The notes: generated from the letters alone by a model not told the origin. DNA of 63,536 bases, filler included, from Dimorphilus gyrociliatus (GCA_904063045.1; 5 parts of 5 records of this genome joined end to end with filler, not necessarily neighbours in it), one strand, 5' to 3'; positions 37,701-48,306 are shown, counted from the first letter of the whole stretch. Numbers and translations: made by a program.

Positions 37701-39258
37701 TACAATCTCCAAATGTTGCTTTCAAAAAGTTCACAACTCCAACTGATCTTCCTGTGATGTTCAGACTTGCATGAATGCAAAGATATTTACATTCAATATC
37801 CCAATTTGAGAGTATGGGCAAAATATCTTCAAAAGTTAATTTGTTAATATTTATCAAAATTCCATGTTTTAAAAGTTTATTAGTAGCTGCAGATAGAGCA
37901 ACATTCTTTATCTGAACATCTCTAAAAGAGCTATCACAAATCATTAAAACATCTGTTTTAAGAGGAATGTTTGGGGGTAAAGTTTTTATAAAGCTTTTTG
38001 CTTCTTTCTCTGATAAGAAGCTCTTTCCTCCTTCTCTGTACCAGTCAGTTAACTTTTTATCTTTTCTATATTGATTTCTTACAACCATTCTCCATCCAAG
38101 ATATTTTCCAATATGGTCTGTGATAGTGAGTATTGATGAATTTATGTTGTGTAATGAATTATTCTGATCCTGACAATCATTTGGTAATTCATTTAACAAT
38201 CTTCTTTCTTCCAATTCCAACCATGCATCTTCATCAAATAAATCCAATTCACTAGAATCAACTGACAAATTGTTAAATCCCAGAGTTTGACCAAGACTAT
38301 TTTCTGGTGGAGATTCACCAATTTGTGTTGATGTTTTCAAGGGTGATCCAATTGTTGATAAAGACATTTGTGGTGAAAATTGACTAACAATACTTTCTTG
38401 ATTAGAGTCATTCTTTTCTTTGGCAGTTTTGATTATAGTTTCTTCAGCTTTTGAACCATCATTCTTAGCACTTCCTGCATACAGTTCATCAGAAGGTTTT
38501 AAAAAATCTTGTTCATCACATTCTGTATAAAATTTTTCAACAGTTTTAGAACAGTCCTTTTCCACATTTCCAACATTTCTTTCTTCATTATCTTCTTCAA
38601 TGTTTTCACAAATAATGTCCTTGTCTTCAAGTTTAGAGTGCTTTTCTATTTCGAATTCAATACCATTAGGATCTCTGACAGTAGATGTTGATCTTTTATC
38701 CAAATCTTGAGCAGTTTTACTTTCTGGAAGAATACATTCATTGCTTTTAATAGTCTTTGATTTGTTATCTATTTCAGAGTTTCTTTTACATTCCATACAA
38801 AATTCAAGCAGAGTCTGTTTAACATTTTCCACAAAATTTTTATCCAAGTTTAGATATTTTTCAATGAATGGCTTTGATATGCATCTTTTCAAATCAGTGA
38901 CATCAACTCCTTTGCATAAAATAATTAAATTTTTTGCATAGTTTTCTAATGTTATAAACATATCCAGATTCTCCTTATACTTTAGTTCAATTTTAGTTTT
39001 AAACTTTTCAAATTCATCTTTCATTACATTTTGATAGAATTTTGTAATGTTGAATCTATTTTTAAAGTACAAAAACTCTGACATAGAACATATCTTTTTG
39101 AATGGAATTCCATTTTCATATTCAATCAACTTTTCAACAATAAATTTAATTTGTTTGCATAGGTCATAGTAGGCTGTTTTTGGATGTAGAGTAAACAATT
39201 CCTTATTCTCAATGATGCTTGGATAGTACCAGGGGTAGACAAGTCCTTTATTATCCAT
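34759..39258 (-). CDS. Penelope-like retroelement polyprotein (ORF1); first ATG at 39258 (the track starts at a TTG at 39303)
   Basis: PLE RT motifs IVIKPADKG, FYGLPKIHK, GRPVVS, LITLDVKNMYTNI, QKFGCAMG..YAPAYANLWM, KRYLDD, VNFLDL and HP..TFKG..KAQFQR are present in an uninterrupted frame. Confidence 0.92.
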   Translation of the reverse strand: MDNKGLVYPWYYPSIIENKELFTLHPKTAYYDLCKQIKFIVEKLIEYENGIPFKKICSMSEFLYFKNRFNITKFYQNVMKDEFEKFKTKIELKYKENLDMFITLENYAKNLIILCKGVDVTDLKRCISKPFIEKYLNLDKNFVENVKQTLLEFCMECKRNSEIDNKSKTIKSNECILPESKTAQDLDKRSTSTVRDPNGIEFEIEKHSKLEDKDIICENIEEDNEERNVGNVEKDCSKTVEKFYTECDEQDFLKPSDELYAGSAKNDGSKAEETIIKTAKEKNDSNQESIVSQFSPQMSLSTIGSPLKTSTQIGESPPENSLGQTLGFNNLSVDSSELDLFDEDAWLELEERRLLNELPNDCQDQNNSLHNINSSILTITDHIGKYLGWRMVVRNQYRKDKKLTDWYREGGKSFLSEKEAKSFIKTLPPNIPLKTDVLMICDSSFRDVQIKNVALSAATNKLLKHGILININKLTFEDILPILSNWDIECKYLCIHASLNITGRSVGVVNFLKATFGDCKNVILAIPFGTKREFSPIKEFKQATSQNATILDFSNMKNLGYLNNPTGNSKSKHLTKKAQEFSIDVIFKSLEKIIKHDKEKTLVGSEISKDEVNNQVIIVSLFSIPNELNTQYVVNLSKYQIPHDVNNFLNLGLKFVYQLIKEKQWREQALLNLEKFYKKISFLKKQSVNSNSSSLRFINHKWKPMHPKEYCNPVIVENDDDDNDTLMKLFKECKSAIKKHIFKENNGKLQMFDKTFFSSLSKFLSLDIVIKPADKGSCIVIQNTDDYVTMCEQLLSDSKQYSVLSTISCNQTTENDSFLKQSITYYKNLIKRFKVMLNDDEYQELLDSVCMKQNLIKHRIFYGLPKIHKERDEWLINGKIPKGRPVVSNLRTESYEISRFLSHYLKPISTLHASYIDNSQNFLNQLSRINIPSDALLITLDVKNMYTNIDTYTGLKAVKYFFQKYPSNNRPDDFLIELLQYNLHKNHFKFLNKIFLQKFGCAMGQSYAPAYANLWMAWIEEVFLFNIKPKPFFYKRYLDDIFLIWTEGVEKFVNYLRKANSILKNLKFKEKISSTSVNFLDLVLFKGTRFLSSNHLDHITYFKKCETFHQLHRNSLHPKHTFKGLLKAQFQRLFKNSSSNVIFYLTCQTVIHPLLQQGYHLKEIRKAIKSVLKDDLYREHCQRELKEICEKNNDIPVKMKIFFNISSKIYHPLKLQFLYRNGYINFLAEKPQIYLLQCKECGQLMFFSIFQKYTDVNIFETLDYLLSRQYLKIKNDELVENFIEHGHFNENQQNITIFPYEQIQKEMSPIEVCKHVYILNTKYIMFHPFGLAKFTSCQNSTKLPFIIPFGNQLQPLIKKIHKCYCKFRIENPTLKNLHLIFAYTNNTNIYVKLINTNTSYQQQQIESTSFACSKNNSSHDTSTETSLLEKAKLPTIKNFYKRTTCQKEPSCIPDKKPKLDETITRKFKSNEHNEGSCGKTSDPPVIKRTGRRIKKIAKN

Positions 39259-40104
39259 ATTGGTATTTGTTGTTTGATTGAAAGATTTCAAATCTTTAGA
39301 CAAAGAAATAAAAGAAACATAAAAGTATGTTAGAAGGAACCCTAAAGTATGTAAAGGTATGTGTAGACCTTACAAAGAACACCATTATCAATATTATATG
39401 ATTAAAATCAATAGTATGTAATCAAAAGAGTAACTGTTAAACCAAAAATATTTTGCTTATGTAGAGGAATTCCTTTAATATTATATATAAATATATGTAC
39501 ATACTTTGCAAAATATATATAACAAAACTTAGAACTCAGTTGACCTGCCAGCTAAAAGCCAGAAAGCAACTTAGGTACACTGGACAATATATAATATAGA
39601 GTACATACCAGAATATGTTCACTTGATATTTTCCAAAAATGTTAAAGAAGAAGTTCAGGAGAAGTTTTTCACTCAGAAGAAGTTAGCACTTGCACAAGGT
39701 AGTCCTTTCAGGTGTAGAGCTATAGCTAGACTGATAAAACAAGGAGTATTTATACCAATGGATGAAGAAAATTCCCATGTCAAGAAAGACCCTCTGCCAA
39801 CTGTTATCAAAACAAATCTATCTAATAGATTGTGCCACTTGTGAAATGGCACTTTGAACAAAGACACCCAAGTGAGAGTGCTACCTCTTATTACATAACC
39901 TATATGTGAAGTTTCATATATACCTATGAAATATTATTCCTATTTATTTAAAATAATATTACTAAAATCTTAATGTACAATTAATTCCTTATATTTTGAT
40001 ATTAAAATCATTATGATCAAGAAATTTTTTTTGAAAAGACAAGTTTTGGAATAATTTGATAAATTAAAATAAACTACCAAATTTCTAGTCATTAAATTTA
40101 ATAA

Positions 40105-40289
40105 CTATGCCAAAGGAATAGACATGCTTCCTGCCAGATGGCAAACATGCATTGACAATAATGGGGAATTTGAAGCTAAATAGACATACCTAAGACATTA
40201 ATTAACATTTATGAATAAGCATATTTTGTATTTTTTTATCTTTTAGCTGTTAGATAAAAATCATGAGAATTTTTCAGGTGACCCTAATA
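40105..40289 (+). mobile_element. Mariner 3' remnant with terminal repeat, next to (TA)n
   Basis: YAKGIDMLPARWQTCIDNNGEF, then an end GAGAATTTTTCAGGTGACCCTAATA; (TA)n at about 40297-40320. Confidence 0.65.
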
Positions 40290-40459
40290 TAATAGATATA
40301 TATATATATATATATATATAACATTTTTCACATTTTTCATTTAAAGAAAATATATATAACCTATATATATATATAGAATTTCATATTTCTTAAGTAATTT
40401 AGAAAGAAATATAATTTTCAACTAATTAAAACTCATTACAAGTTTTTGCCATATTAGTA

Positions 40460-41330
40460 ATTGACCCCCCATGGTGATAAAACAATACTTCCTTTTAAAA
40501 CTATATGTAGAGTCTGTAGTTGAACTAGTTTAAATATTTTTGCAACATATCTATTAAACCCCACATAGTGAAAAAACTTTTTGTCATAACTTATCTTTAA
40601 TTTTTAATGTTTGTTGTGTATTAAGAAAAGTAACAAAAACTATGGGAAAGCAGTGGGGAAAATATTATGCCAAAATTTATTTGTATTGGAAACTGCATTG
40701 TAAATGTTATTTTGTATTTCATTTTTTTAAAAAAATATTTATTAAAATGTGCATTTCACAAGGTTGTTCAGACCCCCTATAGTAAACTTAGGAAATTAAT
40801 ATAATTTTTTTACTTTTATTTGTTATTTGACATAAATATTTTCAAAATATTTAAATTAACCACCATGTTTTAACTTTCATTTCTGTTAATGATCCTTGAT
40901 TTAAACTAGATTTCTACCATATTTTTGCAAAGTTTGAATGATTATAATTAAAGGAAAATATACATGCAATATAGATACCCCTTATGGTGAAATTACAGAA
41001 ATTTGTCAAGGTTATTTGGTTGATATAGTTATTTATTGCATCAGGGGTGCATTTTTTAAATAATTAAAACTCATTGAAAATTTAGTTCAAATTATTAATT
41101 AACCCCCTATGATGGTGATACAATGATTATACATATTAAGGATTTAACACTGGGAAATGGTTAGTTTCTTAAGGTTTCCAATACATGATGTTAAGGTAAT
41201 GGACTACTTTTAAGGGTTAGGAAACTTTGAACAGATAGTAATAAAAGAAATTCATCAAGATTCTATATAACTTGATGAATATAAAATTATTATTTCAATT
41301 GGTGAAGTTTCTTCCCTATGGTGAAAGGAT
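40460..41330 (+). repeat. Dispersed array of ~7 copies of a motif ACCCC(C/T)ATGGTGA with unrelated spacers
   Basis: Copies near 40464, 40557, 40772, 40859 (weak), 40977, 41102 and 41312. Confidence 0.6.
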
Positions 41331-41730
41331 ATCTAGCTGTTGGTTATGAAATTGACAAATGACAGAATGTTACATTATCATGTCAAACATATGATATTAT
41401 TGTATAGCATAATATCAAATGGTTGTATTCTTTGTTTTTTATGTGAAAGACATGTGGCAATATGAAATTTCTTATATATCTGTTTAGGGCAAATGATTGG
41501 AGGTACATCTGGTGTTATTTAAAAACAGTCATGCTACTCTTCTTATTTTTGTGTTATGTTTTTGGTATTCTTTACAAAAATAGTTGAATAGCTAAAAAAT
41601 GTATATTATTCCAAAAATACAAAGTTCAAAATAACTTTAATAAGAAGAATGTTCTCAAATATAACATCAGTTAATAGCATTATAAGAGGAGATCCATTTC
41701 AGAATTATATTCCACTTGGAAAAATATATC
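41100..41730 (+). pseudogene. Decayed, inverted paralogue of ORF2
   Basis: MFSNITSVNSIIRGDPFQNYIP (from 41649) versus MFTNIINVNQMIKGDPFHARIP in ORF2; IAKKCILFQKYKVQ versus ITKHIMLVQKYQLQ. The 5' boundary is approximate. Confidence 0.7.
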
Positions 41731-42129
41731 TGCATTGAGAAATGATTTATTGATGTCTTTTAAATCCATGAATATGATTGTAAAATATACTAAAGTTAAA
41801 AAATTAGTTGAAAGAAGATGGTAGAAAATATTCAATTCCAAATGTTTAATAGATTATATTTCAATTATTTTCTATTCTTTCAATCTGGTTTTGTTGTGTT
41901 CTGTTTGCTATTTTAAAAAATCTAAAACAAAACTTTCAAGTAAGATATTGTTATATTTTTTTTCAACAGAATTAAGATGGAGCAAAAAGAATACCAAGAC
42001 ACACACAACACAACAGCCATAATATATATGTGAATAAATGTTTATAATCCTAATCTAATGGTAACACAACAAAAAAATATTCTAACTACATAAACAACTT
42101 GCTAAAAAAGGCTGAATATTTAAAGTTTC

Positions 42130-43680
42130 TTCTTGATTTTTTGGCCAATTCTTACAATTTTTTGTGATACTTCTGGTTGTTGCTGTTGTTCTTCTGTTTC
42201 ATTTTCCATCTTTCTCTTTACAGTAAATTTTCTTGTTACTGTTTCCAAATTCTGCTTCTCTAATGAAGATGGAGTAGAAAGTGTTTTATTTGCGTTTGCT
42301 TCATTTACAGTTTTGGCATTGTGACATTTTTCATTTATTTCCTTTGATTTTCTAACCTAGTCATCAGAATTATCTCTATTTTCTAATTTTTTTTAAATTT
42401 TCTTGTGGAGAAGGCAGATTGTTGAATTGTGTTGCAAGTGTGTTTTTTTTCTTATAAAAATTCTTAATTGTTGATATTCTTAATATGTTCAATATATTTT
42501 TTTCTTTTAAAGTTTCATTTCTATTTTGTTTTTCTTTCAATGTTCTGTTATCTCTATCATTATTATCCCTTTCATTGGAAAATGAAGTAGACTGTGCTGG
42601 TTCCTGTTAGTTAGATATTTTATTATGAATTAATTTGAAATTACTACATTTGTTGTTTGTAAAAGCAAACATCAGTTGAATTTGTTTAAATTTTCAATCT
42701 TTTTTGTCAAGTTTCCATAAGTCTTTAATATATTTTAAACACAGATTTAAGAAATGATATATGTCATTTGGAATCTGATAGCATATTGCAAATTTAATTG
42801 GCTATTGAAAATATCTACCTTATTAAGAGATGAATATTTATTGTTTGTTACTTCATTTTCATCTTTCAGTAGTCAATGTAAACTTTTCATCACCAAGTCA
42901 ATGGAAAATTCTTAAAAATTTTTTGTTAAATGATTGGATTTTGAATTTCCAGTGGGGCTTTCTGAATATCCCAACTTTTTGATATTTGTCATATTAAGTA
43001 TAATAGTTTAATTTTTTGCTGCCACTTTAACATCATTATAGGAACAGAATGATGGTTTAATACCAAATGGCATAGCAATAATTACATTCTTACAATTCCC
43101 AAACTTCTTTTTCAGATAAGTTGTAATTCCATTAGTGGCTTTTGGAGAATTCAAGTTCAAATGAATAAAAACATATTTATAATCAATATTCCATTAAAAT
43201 CAGAATTTTTCATAATATGCTCATCCCCTTCTAGTATTGGCAGATGTTTTTAATGGTTACACCAAATTAAAACTGTTTGATAAAAATAGTTTTGTTACTA
43301 CATTCTCTTCATTCAAAGCATGCTTAATGATATCATTTAAAAGGTGTTCAGAAGGAAATTTTTTCCAACTTTCTTCAATGTTTTTATCAATAAAAGTGTG
43401 ATTTTCAACTTGATCTGAATTTTTTTTTGGTCTCATCACTTGTAGTAATTATCTTTTGTTCATGGATTAAATGTAATGATGTATAATCTACATTTTCTAT
43501 ACCTGTCTCTTTTGTTATAGGTATTTTTATTTCATTCTTGTTAACCATATTAATAAATTTAAGATTTTAGAGATCCATTTCTTGATGGAAGCATTCCTTC
43601 TCTTTAAAGATGATAGGGTAAAACCATGGATGATGTTGATTAACTTTGCTTTTGTGTTCCATCTTCTTTGGTTTAGAATT
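42130..43680 (-). pseudogene. Decayed paralogue of ORF1 lacking the RT and endonuclease region
   Basis: HPWFYPIIFKEKECF versus YPWYYPSIIENKELF; FGNCKNVIIAMPFG versus FGDCKNVILAIPFG; PTGNSKSNHLTK versus PTGNSKSKHLTK; YQIPNDIYHFLNLCLKYI (42780-42727) versus YQIPHDVNNFLNLGLKFV. No RT motifs follow. Confidence 0.8.
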
Positions 43681-43984
43681 CATCATTCTATTTTGATAAC
43701 AAAAAAAGGAAAACATAAATATTCAAAATAATATGTTAATTATAGCAGAGAGCAAAAAGTAAAAGGGCAAACCACAAAAAGCAAGAAGTAAAATGCAATA
43801 TATATCTGATATCCTTCCTCTTTAAATACATATTAAAAAAACAAAATTTAAGAGTGTTTTTTAGGGATAAAAACAATTCTCAAAATTAAATTGAAATACT
43901 ACAACTTGAATTAATTACAATGAATCCTTAATTTCTAAACTACTTTTTTAATCAGGAAAAAATCATTATTTTTATTAAGGACAT

Positions 43985-44370
43985 TTTAAATTTATTAAGT
44001 CAAAATCATTAGCAACAAAAGCCAAATCATTTAACATGAAATCTATAAACCTCTATTGCAAAAATAATAAATTTTAGAATCAATTGAATGGAATCTATGA
44101 AAAAATGGATAAATGAATGTTAATGAATATACCTTATAGATTTGCTAAATTCAAATTATTAGCCAAGATAAAGCCAAATTATTAAACATTAAATCTATAA
44201 GATGGTTTATTCTTAGATTCAGAAAGTCAATATCAAATACTTAGAAAGCATAATCAATTGAAAAGAACCTATATTTAAAAAAAAGAGAATTTTGCTGATA
44301 ACATAGATTTAAAAAGTTTAAATCATTAGCAAATGAAGCCAAATCAATTAACACAAAATCTAAATGTCTC
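43985..44370. repeat. Degenerate tandem repeat, 3 units of 150-167 bp
   Basis: AAAT(C/T)ATTAGC...AAGCCAAAT...AACA..AAATCTA at about 44003, 44153 and 44320. Confidence 0.65.
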
Positions 44371-47300
44371 AGAAGAAGAAAAAAAAGAAAAATTCAATGA
44401 AAATATTTAGAAAAGAGGATTCACTTTCCATCTATTTTATGGATGTTTTCAAATTGAAGAGTCATAGCAAAAGCCACTGTATTCAAGTATGAAAAAATCC
44501 AAACTTTTATTTAAAAGGTATGGAAAAGTTAAAGGAATTTTGTAAAAAGGAAGAATACCTTAGTTCATGAATGTGTTTGTTTTTAAATATATTTAAAGAG
44601 CAAAACAAATAAGAAAAAATTGTAATAAAAACACTGATAAATGAGAAAATTTATAGAAAAAGTCTAGAAATCTCTCCAAATAGATAAAAACCTTCAAAAC
44701 AAGACATAAACAACCTACCTTGTTAGATTTTGATGATTCCTTTCAAAAGTAGTGGTATAAATCAAAACTCAGGTACTGTCCTTATCAACTGGTGGGCTAG
44801 GAACTTGTTAACAGTTTCCATTTATATGTAATTTTTAAATGTTTGTTGGAAAATGCCTACAAAAAATTTGTTATTTAAATATTTTCTTACTTACTCTTGT
44901 AGAATATTCAATGTTTTCTTTTCACTTCATTCAAGTTTAGTTAAGGTAACTGGGTAATTCATTCAAAATGTTGATGATCTCTGTTTAAAATGCCAAAAAA
45001 ATAAAGATTAAACAGGGTCTACAAAAGACTTATCTGAACTTTTTAAAAATCAAATATATTATTGTCAGAAGGAAAATTTTCTGTGGTGGATTGTCTTTGT
45101 GTGTAGACTATGTTAAAGGCCTGAAAAAAGACAATTCTAATGATATGTAATATGTATATACTTGTTGCAATATTGTGCAAAAATATTGAAATAAGTGAAA
45201 TTTTTTCTTACTTTTAAAAAATGCAAATTGTTTGATGATATTTTCATTAACTTTTGATAATGAGATAGACAAACTTGATTACAGCTGTTTGAAATGAAAC
45301 TGTCAAATGCTTTTATAATCTAACTAAAAATAGTTTTAATGAATTTCTTACATTCAGAAGTTAAAAAAGGTTTGCCAAATGCAAAGGGATAATCAGTTTA
45401 AAAACAGTCAATCACAACTGTTATAACAATATAATCCATTATTATCTGTAAGGAAAAGAGACATGTTAATGGTTAATTTAACAAATACATATGTACCTCC
45501 TCAATGGTGACAAATGTTAGAATGAGCAAGTGTGGGGTTTATATACATACAGGTAGAGAAGACCCCCATGTTAAAAAAAACCCCTGATAAGCTTCAATCA
45601 GTAATTATCACACTATGTGTTACATCATTCAAGATAAAAAGGATTTTCTTTCCATGTAATTAAGTGAAAGTGCCACTCTGTTCCCTTGATTTTTGGGATT
45701 AAGCATATCAGTATGTCATATAAGTCATTTGCTTTTTTGATTAATATACTTAATTCATTTGATTTGTGAATTACAGTTTTATACAGTAAAACAATTATAT
45801 TATTTGAATTGTTATTTTTTAAGTAGGTCACATCATCATTAACCAATGCATACAGCTGCTCCAGTTGCCATATATTCTATTTCAAGTATAACTACACCAA
45901 ACTATTAATTGGATAAACTGCAATCATTTGGGAAATGGTTAGTGAATGTATCCTGCAACATATTTTGCTAGGATAAAGGATTACAATTAGGGTTAGGAAA
46001 ACTACATCAAATTATTCATTGTAGATGTATAAAAAAGTTTGTCAGGATTGGAAAAGAATCTATGGAGATGGAGCACTAACAAGTATTTTTAATTGTACTA
46101 TTATATTATGATGATTATGAAATGTTAAACTTTGTAATACAACAAGGTCAGTTAATATTCTACCTTTTTTTTACTTAAACATTTCTCAACTATTAGATGG
46201 AATATTATATTAAATGTTTGAAGCAAATTGATGGTAAATTTATTTACTTATTTATTGTTGACACAGAAAAGTAAGAAAACTTTACAAAATGTTTAGAAAT
46301 ATCTAACCTACAATATAAATACAACACAAGTTAATAATGAATATTTATAAGTTAGCAAATAAGTGTTCAAGTACCATCTTTTGATCTTCTTTTTCTTCAA
46401 GTATATTGAATCCACCTTTATGTTTTATCATTTTCTCTTCAATGTTCTTTAGTAACGAAATAAAGTTCATTTGATCATCTTTCAATATTTTTTCATAGTG
46501 TTTTGTAAAGTAATGATTTGGAAAAACTATCTTTTCTAATTTAGTTGGCTGTGTTTTAAATTTTGTAGAAAAAAGTTTTATAGGGCATAAACCACTTAAT
46601 ATTCATCCTAATTATGAAAAATAATAATTATTTTGTTTGAAAAATATCCTATAAAAATCCTATAACTTAAATTTAATGTTTCTGAGCTTCTAATTCAGGT
46701 TTGTACCTACATATAGTTTATTTAATTTACTAACACCTAACTTATACAGCCTTCCAAAAATAAAAATTTTTTCCATAAAAGAAATTATTTTTTGTTGAAA
46801 AATTCAATCCTAAACATCCTAAAAACTATGCACAAATCCTTGAATAATTGATTTAATTTAGGCATAATAATAGGCACATTCCTTGTCTAAAGAAAGTAAT
46901 TATTCAGCATAACTCTTATTTTTATTACTGATTTAATAATTTTCGCAAGAAAAGTTAAACATTTCTAACTTAACCTAAATTCATAATCTTTTTCTACACA
47001 CAAAACAAAGATTCTAACCTGGCAAAAGCTAGAATGGAACCTGTCTTCACCAAACAATACTACAAATAACTTACTTTGAAACTGTTATGCTATGTTGAAG
47101 GATGTAAAACCAAAAGAATACTTTTGCTGAGGAAAGGGAAGCTAATAGTAGACTTGATGGCATTTGCAAATGTCAGACATGTATTGAGTACAAGGTAGGT
47201 GTAGGTTTGGCTTTAAAAGAAATATAATTAGTTATTAGTTAACTAAAGAACAAAAAAATTATATTGTCAATAATTTGTATTGTAAATTTTTGGTGAATGA

Positions 47301-48306
47301 ATACAAGGTTACAATATTTGTATAAAAATATGTCTCTATTCACCCATTAATTTCAATTCAAACATTTGATTTTTTACTTTTTACCCACCAAATCTGAAGT
47401 AATTCCACCTCAATTCAAATAGAATGCCAAGAAGAGTTTGTAACCCTGGATAAAAGAATGAGTTTAATAGAAAAAAAGCAATAGATATGTTGTCAATAAT
47501 CTTACAAGATTTAATATCCTATTTGCAAATGTAGATTGTTCAGATCTGTATGAAAATAAGTAAAGTGAAATACAAAGTATCAATCTATGAAGAATACAAA
47601 ACCTTTTTCCACATGCACAGTCCAAGATAACAAAAGCTTGAATGATTTTGGTTAGATTTTTATCAAGTATATATACCTTACCTGAATGTTTGTTTGGCAA
47701 TTTAATGTTTGTTTAGTACTTTACAATCAAGTTTTTATTCAATGTAATAAATTGAATTATTTAGTCTTATGTTTATTGACCACTACTGTTAATCAATCTT
47801 TAAACATCACTAATTGTTTTGATAGAAAAAGGCTTATGAGACTTGACAATTAGCAATTGTATAAGCCAATTTAAATGTACCAAACAAACACATTTTTAAA
47901 GAATAATCGTTTGCAATCCTTAAGTATTATGTAACTGTTAATAGTCATTTATTTTGTATTTTTTGTTTTATATGTAGAAATATCATTTAAAAATACTTTA
48001 TATATTATACTTTATATATCTGGTTGTTATTTCAGATGGAAAATTGGTATGCTAGGGTTGAAAATTCAAACAAATTTCTTATCAATCTTGGATATCATAT
48101 TGACAACATGGATGAAACTGACAACTTTGTAACTTATATTAATTTGTATGATAGGAAAATTGAGATTATGAGATTATTTAATAAGGAAAGGGATGAAGCA
48201 ATGCAAAGTTTATTACATGAACATGGTAAAATTGTTGAACATCTGAAAAGATAAAAGAAAAATACAATTTTGAAATATGTCCATTCAAATTTGAAGATAT
48301 ATTTTC

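Noticed and set aside
40460-41330. CRISPR-like repeat/spacer appearance
   Set aside because: The repeats are short and degenerate, spacing is irregular (about 90-215 nt), there are no cas genes, and the context is eukaryotic.
48024-48254. Probable terminal exon (AG acceptor near 48036) of an unknown gene
   Set aside because: No recognisable product, and upstream exons could not be linked.
33332-48306. Hammerhead ribozymes expected in PLE pseudo-LTRs
   Set aside because: No convincing CTGANGA...GAAA core with stems was found by eye on either strand. An Infernal search is needed before calling them absent.
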